Shown here piece by piece: positions 54,440-64,000 of a stretch of 64,000 nucleotides of DNA. Source of the stretch: Lingula anatina (taxonomy: Eukaryota > Animalia > Brachiopoda); assembly GCA_051362555.1 (NCBI GenBank), contig CM120644.1, positions 9,432,954-9,496,953 of the forward strand, in the 5' to 3' direction. A program made the translations under genes and the position numbers. Each line of letters begins with the position of its first letter. Position 1 is the stretch's first letter. Below the pieces are notes generated by a model. It searched no databases, had not been told where the DNA came from, and saw only the letters and a program-made list of their open reading frames with translations.

Positions 54440-55975
54440 TTAACTGTTCCGCCTTATCTTCATGGTAGCAGCCTTCAGCATACACGCCGTGTTACAGTTG
54501 TTACCACTGATGCTGGCAAACTTCATGCCCGCGGCGCCTGTGTCACAATTCACGGGGTATGTCCCAGTCAGGTGCCAGCGGACACAGTCGTTATACCACC
54601 ATCCACCACCTGGAAATAAGTTATTTTGATACGTTGTATAATGTGTATTTTTTTAAAATATATTTTGTCAGTTGGTTCTATCATGTGTGGCCACCTATCG
54701 GTAAATAAAAGAGTTGTCATTTAGACAGAATGAGAGTTTCACGTCATACAGCATAAATGAAGCCCATGTTCAGAATTTAAAACAGTCGCTTTCGTCAGCC
54801 ACAAAGACTCATTATAGATATTTGCTTAACACCCATAATAATAGGATCCATATAGATAAATACTGGTAGGTAGGCTGATAGGAAACAAGAAAGGGCAATT
54901 AAAATCACGTAAAACGTTTCATAAAAAGAGGTCGCGAAAGTCGCTATGAAGAATTGTAATATTTCTTAATTCATGTTTGATAAATGTTAGGATTGTACAT
55001 GTATTATATGTATTATATTTACCGTGTAAAGCAGAACACGTATTCCCAATATCATTGTCGTAGGTGCCAAACTGCCAGCCCAGATTCTCCACCAAATATG
55101 AATTGGTCGAAGTGTTGTAAGACTCCACCGTTATAGCATTGATCGCATATCTGTCTGCCTCGGCACCAATCCGAAACAAGTTCCACTTGACGTAGTAATA
55201 GTTTCCATCGCAGGATTTCATATCAATCTGCATGGAATAATTGCCTTGATTGGTCAGCCCATAGAGAGCCTCGTTTCCGAGCCAGAATTGGTCACGAGGG
55301 TCTCCAAAACCATCTCTGTATTCGTTCCAAGTTCGATGGAAATCCACCTGATTATCTGTTCTTCTCAAGACAACAAGCCATCCGTTGTCGCAGTAGACGG
55401 TTTTTTGGCCGAAACCGGATATGTCTATGTTGAGTAATCCTGTTGTCTCTGCGAGGAAAATTGGCGATAAAATAAATATGTGAACTTATAAGGGATTTTC
55501 TTTATCTTATTAGTTTTCCAGTGAGCTAATTATTTAAAGTGGGATATGTTAATAGCTTGCATCCTTTTTAGAAACGTATTATCACCATCCTTCTACGTTT
55601 TTTTTTTTCTATGAAGGAAAACTGCGAGAAATGCTAGGCATCGTTTCTTTAAATCTAAAAACATGGCATAAGTCAAATCAAATGGGGTCTGAAAACGTAA
55701 ACTTATTGGGTACTGCTGAACACATATAAAGATAAAGAGACAAAACTGGTCCAGAAAATTGCCAATTGCCTTTTTTATACATTTCATATAGAAAGGGATG
55801 CAACAAATACAAATATTACAATGGTGATGTCGTCAGTGGGTGTACTTACCGACGTCATTGCAGTCGACGTAGAGAGCCTGTAACAATGAAATATGTTTTA
55901 GTATTCATTTTGATTTTCATACCCACTATCCTACCCTAGCTGAGATGTGTTGATGGTCAATTGAGAAACATCATT

Positions 55976-56017
<42 letters not shown>

Positions 56018-59000
56018 CAGCGCTAGTTGCAACTGCCTACTCGATTTGTCGATTCCCTTTAATTCACTGCGTTTGGGATATTTGCCGAGGAACAATTAAC
56101 AAAAAAAGTAATTGAATTTTTACATCCGCTCTGCGTAAATCAATATTTCGATTGTTTTAGAGTGGACAAAAAAGCCTGATTTAAAACTGGAAAAATGATC
56201 TTAGGTTCAACTACGAACGATTCCTCTTTAAGGGGAATCGATAGGGTGGAATTTTTTTTCCTTAAGTGTATAGATAATGCTGAAATAAAAAAAAATGTTA
56301 TGAAAAGAAATAATAGAGTGGCATCAAACTTTAATCGGTGTGAAATCAATAAGTCTTAATAACATTATTTCGGGGTTTAATTAATGTGATATTAATTTCA
56401 AAAAGATGTCCGTCAACTGAACAGCTACCAACAGCATGTATCGCCTAATTATTGTCACAACAATAAGCACTACAATCCTGTGCCAGGAAATTTTCTTGAA
56501 AGGCCTACATCTGCTTCACAAGTATAAAGGCTAAACGATGCCTTTTTTTTTAGGAAACATCGTAATTAAGGGCTCGAATCTCAGAAGAGCTGGCACTGTA
56601 TTGTAGATCACGCTCTTGTCGTCAACCATGCCAATTTTCATGATAATATATTTGTTAGATACCTCGGCAACCGCTCACTATCTCACACCATTTTACAAAG
56701 CACCGAAATTGACCATTTACGTTTCTCCAGCCCATGTGCAAAGGCAACAAATAGAAGCTCCTGAGTAAAAGTGTTTATGTTAATTACATTAATAGTAAGG
56801 CAAATATTACCCAGAAAAACGGGAAAAAGCTGTTTGCCACATGAAGGTCTACACTACGTATCGATCACCCCGAACGTTCTTTTGTAAAGTTGCGCCTCAT
56901 TTTATAAACGGCTGAAGTCAGATATTTAACTTAAGCATTAATGTTTTAAGGCCACCCGTAGGGCAGATTAATAATATACTGTTTACGAAGAACAACTATA
57001 CATCGATCTATACACTGGCTATGCTAATTCCTGCCAGAGGTCTTTAAAATACAGTTTTGTAACAGCTAGAGTCCCAGGGGCGGATCCAGTATTATTTTAA
57101 GGGGGGGGGGGGGGGGGTCCAGTTTTTTTTAAGAATAACAGGCCTCTGATGCGAAGCCGACCCTTGTTCCCTTGGTGTGGGGTTCCGTGTTTTGGGGGGC
57201 AAACGGTGCCATTTGATGCAGTTTAGAACTATGATTCAGCCCTTCACAATTCTAATATTAACAGGGAAATATTGGTGTGTTTTTTTTTCCAGAAACCGAA
57301 GGGGGGAATTGAGGACCCCCTGAACCCCCCTTAATACGCCACTGAGTCCTCTTGTAGAGAGTAAGCTATTTCTGACTTTTACGTAATACGCTCACTATGC
57401 TCATCTTAATGACCAACTTCTGTTTTGTCTTGTGACAAAAATTGACGGAATGGTCGTTTTCTTAATGTCGTGACCGGATTTTGCTTAAACTATTTCGATG
57501 TAAAGTGAGATTAGTAAGTCAACCGGCCAGTACTCACGGCATGGTAAGTTGCCTCTTCTTTCTGACTGAGCTGGACGGCTTCAACATCATTAGCCACCTG
57601 AGAGTTGAGTTCACAGGCTCCTGTTTTAAAATAAATAAATAAATAAATAAATAATAAAATAAATAGAAAGTGCAATCGTCTGTTACCATAAAATTGCTAG
57701 CAGAACAGAAATCCGTAAAAGATTATGGGATTGGGATGTCGTCAACCCAACTAATAATAATATAATAATAATGTACACTGTAAGTGTTTTGTTTGGATAT
57801 GATATTCATCTATTTATTTTTATTTTTTGTTTTTGTGATTTATGCCTAGTATTTAAGGGCCAGTGCAACCTTGAATTTTCTCTCTCTTGGGGAAGCATGC
57901 AGCCCAAGCAACTTCATCTGAAGCGCTCAGAATTATACCTATCGCTCGGCATTATCATGCACAATAACCAGAACTACTATACGACCACGTCTTGACTTCA
58001 CTTTTCAATAAATAACTTTTTGTCAAAATAAATAAATGAATAAGAGTTCATGGTGTATAAGGATGTGATGAAGAGCAATCTTTTGAGCACACCGCACCCT
58101 GAGTAGACTGTGCTATCTCCCTGCGTTTGTATGCAGTCTGCTCAACAAACGGCAACCGGTTTTGGTAAGATTATCGAGCACAAAGTGTGACTACTCTGTG
58201 ACAATATTAACACTGGTAATAGGCACATTTCAGGCAGTTTCTACAGGTATTTCATTGATTCTTGCTAATGTTAGCATGTTTTGAATGGCGTTCCGTTTAT
58301 CTATCTACAAACTGATGGATTTATTGAATGCGGCGATAAAGTTCTTCTTATATTTTTATTCATTGTAATTAGAGGCTCATAACTCCAGGACATAAAAATT
58401 AAACCAAATTGACGGCTCAGGATTGGCACTCATACACTTTTCGTCACCTATGCCAATTTTCGCGATGAGATCTTCTTTAAAGATTTATTTACGCCCCATA
58501 CCGAATGCTTTCTCACCTCAAAATTGAAAGCTATACATTGACAATGAACACTAAGAAATGCTTACATGTATGTTAATGCTTAGCAATTAGACATATAAAC
58601 ATCAATATTTTAAATTTCGAGGGGAGTTTAATTTTTTAATCAGCAAAAAGGTATATTCATTAATGCATCATCCACAAAATAAAACAAACTCTAAAACCCT
58701 GTCAGTAACCTTAATCAAGGACGTTTGAATTGTCGACCATAAAGCTGATACTAAAACCTCTAAACGCTGATGACCATTTGCATTTGAAATCCAGTTCTAT
58801 CATATTGTTCAGAAACTGGTGAAGTCACCATTTAGATTTTTTAGGATCATCAGTTACTATTCGTGAACCAACTTTTGAAATGCATGTTGTCAACTTGAAA
58901 CACGAAGAACTGCAGTTTTTGTGTTCAAGCTTCTGACTATTATGGAAGAGTTTTCCAGCTGAATTTTGAATACGTGTAGATTGGCGTTTTTTTCCTAGTC

Positions 59001-61537
59001 TGATCCCTGGCAGTAAGGTATTCTAAACAAGAGGCCAATGCAGTAAACTAGTGTAGAAGCCAGGAAGGCATTGGCGAGTCTCCGGTTGCATACTACCAAT
59101 GGGATAAAGCATTTTGTCGTTGGTAGGTACAGTATGATGATCAACACAATTTGTGTGTTATGTTACCTCACACCTACCAAATTTTTAAACTCCTGTGCTA
59201 AGTTTGATAACAGAACCCCCAACTAAGACTGCATTCCCACAGATTTTAGATCGATCTATCCCCGTGGGGAGTCTCACTAGATTACTGTCAGCTTAGCCGG
59301 CTTAAATACCTGTCCCGCCTGCTAAAAGCTGTAAGGGGGTAATTAACTTCCATGCGCGCTCGGCTGACAGCAATTTAGCGTGAACACCAAGGGAGTTAGG
59401 TCGATCCAGATGGATCGATCTAATTCTGCGGTAAGGCAGTCTAAGATGCTTTTTTTTTTTGCATTATAGCACGGAACAGTGGTGGGAAGACGGACAGGTG
59501 AATTGATGAACATATTCGATATCTTATTTTCTAGTTCAGTGTGCTTCAGTTGTCACCCAGAACAATAAAGAATCAATAATTCTGCATCACGTATACTTCT
59601 ATCTACTGTAAAGACAGACCTGTGCTGAGATTATCCACTGTTCAGTTGCTGATGGCAATGTTCTGAAACGTTTGTCTTGTGCCAAGAATGCCAACGTCAA
59701 CTATACCGCTTTGAATATAAACAAGATAATTTTGTGTATCAAATTAAAGCGTTTTGGTCAACTCATTGATACTGTACAAGCTGATAATTGCCAAATTGTT
59801 AAAACAAGATTCATGGTGAATCATATTAAATGACGAGATCACACGTAAAATCGTAATTGATGCTCAATTTCACGTTTATTTTTGCCTTGAAATGGCAACA
59901 CCAAATATTGAACCAAAACACAGTGTAGTGCACAGTTTATTTAATGACAGGGAAATTAAAAGTGAACGTTGTTTTAGTATCGGAGGTAATCGATGAACAC
60001 TATCACTTTATGTTCCAATGGAGTATTCATTTTTCTACATTTTACCTTTGACTTTAATCAATCGAGCTAATTCGCTTTTATTTGGCCACATTGTTTCGTT
60101 GCTGTGTCAGTCTTCCGTTGTACAAGGGGTAAAAATGCTGATTTGAAAACATGCTCGTCATGTATGATAAAGCTAATGTTTGATACGTCTACTATGACGA
60201 TAGCACTAGCATTCGATCATATAGTTAAAAGATAAACAGAACTAAGAGACAGAAGTATGAGGCAAATGACGACAAAAAACATCTGTCATGCTCCATTTTT
60301 GTCTTGGTATTTTCTAATGTAGTTCTCAATTTTGAATGCTGTACAATAACAGAGTGAGTAACTCACAGAGGCAAACGACAGTTGCGGTTAAAAAAAACTC
60401 TCTCTCTCTCTCTCTCAATTGGCGTAGAATCTTGGAAGCGCGGTGATGGCACTCCCCACACTAATGTTTGATTGCCAAATGCATGCCAAAGCTCAGGGCT
60501 GAGGAAACTTCATCTATCTCTACTCTTCAGCGTTATATTTCCATATTTCCCTGGGTCTGCCTTTTCGCCTCACACTTTCAACTTTGCTGGGAATCATAAC
60601 CTATAACGTATGCAGTCCTGCATCATATTCCACGTCCCAGTTATTACATCTGTACAACGTGGACCGGTTCGTTTTTTGGTTCGATAAAAATGCAGTGAAG
60701 ATTATTCGAAACATGTTACGTGTTTTTTAAACGTGATCGAGTCAGTCGTGGATCCATTGCTCTGGTAGAGATTTTACGATTGCTTATATTAAAAAGATAT
60801 ACCTCAAATCAGTTTTTGTTATGAGACACTGTTAATATCAAAATTAATTATACAGCTGCCTAAAGATTTGCCGCTACATAAAAAGTGGAAGACTCCTCTC
60901 TCTGTCAGTTTTCAGGCTCTGGTAACGAATACACTGCCTTGCATACGGTCTCAGCCATCTTTCAATAAAAGGTACACGAATGATCGCACAAAAGACACAG
61001 ATACGGACAGACAGACAATACAGATTAAACTGAAAGAAAACACTCAAACAAATGTTTTGGTGATAAGATATTAACCATCAACACGGAGGAGGTAATAAAT
61101 GTTTTCAGATGCTTTTGCCACGAAAAAAAACCAATGACAACTATCCACTAGAAGCTGTGGTTATTTATTTTGATACCAAAAATTCTGTGCGTTTTCACTT
61201 CCCATACAAAATAAAATACATGTAGATCAACAATAACCAAATCTATACTAACATGAACCAATAAAGAAAATCCTATTTTATCAACCCCATGTAATTCCAT
61301 ACCTGTACCATCTCCAAAGTAGTTACAAGAATGGCATCCCTCTTTTTGTTTGCAAAGTGTCATACACTCAAGAGAACTGCGAGCTGAAACAGTATTAAGA
61401 GCTGAAACCGGCAGGTACGCGTTCTTGGTAGATTTATAAGTCACGCTGGTCACCTGTGTGTGTCCCTGTTGTGACATCAATTGGATTATTCCGGCCAAAA
61501 ACAGCGCGTGAAGAACATATGAGCCGCGGGAGTCCAT
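54440..61537 (-). CDS. Secreted PAN/Apple plus fibrinogen-related domain (FReD) protein, 313 aa, 5 coding exons
   Basis: Exons 61537-61303, 57620-57538, 55877-55850, 55448-55023 and 54609-54440 total 942 nt. Signal peptide; Apple-like C-x3-C...C-x-S-C...CELN; FReD motifs VYCD-GWLVVLRR, DFHRTWNEYRDGFG, FWLGNEAL, FGTYDND, GGWWYNDC and LKAATMKIR*. AATAAA at 54383-54378. Confidence 0.9.
57075..57344. mobile_element. 270-bp MITE with a 5-bp TSD in FReD intron 2
   Basis: AGTCC|CAGGGGCGGAT ... ATACGCCACTG|AGTCC, with internal poly-G and poly-C subterminal arms. Confidence 0.7.
59227..59441 (-). mobile_element. MITE (PIF/Harbinger-like), copy 2, in FReD intron 1
   Basis: TIRs GACTGCATTCCCACAGATTTTAGATCGATC / GATCGATCTAATTCTGCGGTAAGGCAGTC, flanked by TAA on both sides. 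Confidence 0.75.
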
Positions 61538-62605
61538 TGCTGTCTTCCACTGGACGTCTGGTTCGGACTAGTGTTGGCGATCGAAGATTAGGTAACTGCA
61601 TACAGTCGCCGTAAAGCCAAGCGGTGGAGCAGGTAATCAACAAAATATTTACAGGAAACAAACTTTGTCACGAATTGATATCAAGGACATCGACTTTTTA
61701 CGAACGAGTCGAGTGGTGTAACATAAGGTGATATTGCTTAGAGGCTGTTTACGATGAACATATGTCATCCGCACACTCACTATGATCAATCACCTCCCTT
61801 GTTGTGGCCAATTCGGATTTTGTGCAGTTAATAAGTTCAATGGCCTTTGTGTATCAACGAGGATTTTTGAATTAATGTTGGTGTCTAGACTCACATCACT
61901 AAGCAACGGTAATAATCAAAAGCTGTGTTGTTACTATGTGGCGAGCATTTCAGCGATGCTATTCGATAGTGCACGCACAAGTTCAACCAGTTTGTATTTA
62001 TAAAATTTATATGAAAGAAGTTCATTTACCAGTACAAAATTCCAGGCATCGATTAGAGTTTGTCTGAGTTGAAGGTTCAGATTTGTCATTTGTCAGTAGA
62101 CTATTGATTCGTCGAGAATTTAATGCTCGAAGATTTCTATAGGCTCCATATCTGGCGATCATAAGCTGCTCAGTCCTTTGATTCTGCAATTATTCTGGGA
62201 ATGCAAGTACATGTAGTCTCTGTGGACGGGTTTTGTCATCTTGTTATACAAAATTGTCACTGAGGTGCCCCAGGATGTTCCTGTACTTGACTGGACAGCA
62301 ATGCTTTGACACAATGGTGCAATGTACTCTCAGTTCACGCACCGTACTTGTATGCAAAGATTTGAACGCGTTGGTGAAATATGGAGAATTAGCATGCTTT
62401 GTCATTCTAAACCCAGTCCAAAAAGAGTACTACCCTAGGAAACTTAGCGCAAATTACGTGATGCAGCGCTGCTACGAGCGTATACTGACTCACCTGATTA
62501 CACAGTGTTATTCACATAACATGCATGAGATAATATATTATTATTATTATTTTTTTTTTTTGGTAAACAATTCATTTTAACCAAGACAGATTTTAGACTG
62601 ACCTG

Positions 62606-62689
62606 ACATATCCCATATTAAATATCAAGTATATATATATATATATAGTTCTTTAACACTACAGACTTGACATTTAATATGGGATATGT
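62606..62689. repeat. Short foldback (25-bp arms, 1 mismatch), probably a miniature MITE
   Basis: ACATATCCCATATTAAATATCAAGT ... ACTTGACATTTAATATGGGATATGT. Confidence 0.75.
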
Positions 62690-63353
62690 TAAAACAATAT
62701 TAGAGAGCACAATGATGTCATTCCAAATGTATATACAAGTGGTGAATGAAAAAAAAAAAAAAAACAAAACAAATGAATGATGCTAGGAGAGGAAAGAAAA
62801 AGAAAAAGAAAGGACTTATCGCCTGTAGACATAATAAAGGTTACAAAGTTGTCATTTGACGAAATTCTTAATGAAAATTTGAAAGTCACGCTGTATGACC
62901 TTATCATTGTTTATCTGCTGCTTGCTTGTGTATATTTTTCATAATTGACACGTGTAACAAAATTATTACTTGCTCCTTCGTAAGTAAATAGTGTCATTCG
63001 CGCACCGGCCTTCAAATTAAGCCATTTAAAAATTTAACTCCCTTCACATGGTTGAAGTCATCGCATTGATTACACCAAATAGAATCAGCTTATGTAACCT
63101 CCCTTTTTAGAACAACAACGAAGTACAAAAGTGTGCTTCCCGCTTAACACGTTTATTCATATCTTCAAAGATAAGCAAATAGGGCCAAATGACATTGCCT
63201 TAAAGCTTGTATATACCAGTATTTGAGCCATTGCATACACAGTCAGAAAAAAGCGAATCTAAAATCTGAAATCTGAAGAAAACTAAAATCTGAAATTACT
63301 TTCAGAAGTACTGAAATCAAAGGCAAAGTCCATTTATAATATTTATAAGCACT

Positions 63354-63535
63354 TTATTGTCTTGGTCGGGCGCACACGTTGAACTTCGGTGGCACGTACA
63401 CAGAGCCGGTGGTACCAACTGGGACCGGAAGCATCTCTCCATCGGGCACGTGGAACGTGAAAGCGTGCACCAAGGCTGTGAGGATCAGGAACATCTCCGG
63501 TTTGGCCAGACTCTCTCCTGGACAGGAACGCTTGC
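63354..63535 (-). CDS. Cytochrome P450 (clan 2-like) last exon with heme-binding Cys
   Basis: ttttcaag acceptor; (G)KRSCPGESLAKPEMFLILTALVHAFTF...PPKFNVCARPRQ*. Confidence 0.93.
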
Positions 63536-63863
63536 CTTGAAAACAGAAAAAAAGGATATTATTATTTTCTCTTCTACATTATACAGAATGATTCACAATA
63601 TCAACGTTTTGTACTATTTACATTTATGGTATCATTATCATTCTAAAACTGACAGATTAAAAAAAATTGAATATGATCGAGAGGTGAAAGTTATCAGCAC
63701 ATGGTACATGCAATACTCGTAATAAAGTGTGGCTACTGAAATCTGAGCGAAGAATGCAGATTAACTTAAGAGCTGAATATCATAACGGATGTTGCTGCAG
63801 TCAGTTTCTTATAATAGTACTGTACTCATTTTTCTATCCCATATAAACAGACACATTTCATAC

Positions 63864-64000
63864 CTAGTGAAAATGGTATAAACCCTTCGACTTTTTTCAA
63901 GTTTCCACATTGGTCCAGAAACCTCATCGGTTGAAACTGGCGTGGATTGGTCCAAATTGCTTCGTTCATGAATATTGACCAGTAGTCTGCCAAAATTCGA
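63864..64000 (-). CDS. Cytochrome P450 penultimate exon (truncated by the window edge)
   Basis: RILADYWSIFMNEAIWTNPRQFQPMRFLDQCGNLKKVEGFIPFSL G|gtatga; splicing completes FxxGxRxCxG. Confidence 0.92.

Noticed and set aside
54440-54500. Apparent frameshift near the FReD C-terminus
   Set aside because: Careful re-reading gives an open frame, NNCNTACMLKAATMKIRRNS*.
57880-57990. Possible SINE fragment
   Set aside because: Only a vague resemblance; no A/B boxes and no second copy in the window.
63357-63722. 121-aa plus-strand ORF
   Set aside because: It is the antisense shadow of the P450 last exon.

Overview
AT-rich, intron-containing animal genomic DNA. It is probably a lophotrochozoan such as a mollusc, inferred from the transposon types and gene families; the species cannot be determined. 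I assembled five spliced genes by hand using GT-AG sites and consistent intron phases. (1) A 16-exon cordon-bleu-like (Cobl/COBLL1-type) actin regulator on + (CDS 20547-39589, about 1379 aa) with two ubiquitin/RBD-like folds, two KRAP motifs and one C-terminal WH2; 1-20 kb is probably its 5' intronic region. (2, 3) A tandem pair of 3-exon genes on - (43449-44524 and 48913-49885) encoding 74- and 73-aa secreted prepropeptides that the ORF track almost entirely misses. They share the signal peptide and an RR...KR-flanked 18-mer but have nearly unrelated exon-2 peptides. This pair is the best candidate for an undescribed system. (4) A secreted PAN/Apple plus fibrinogen-domain (FReD) protein on - (54440-61537, 313 aa). 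(5) The last two exons of a clan-2-like cytochrome P450 on - (63354 to the window end). The window also holds two Helentron-associated (HINE-like) elements with internal tandem arrays, several MITEs, a decayed Gypsy pol fragment and microsatellites. CpG density rises visibly near 42-43 kb.
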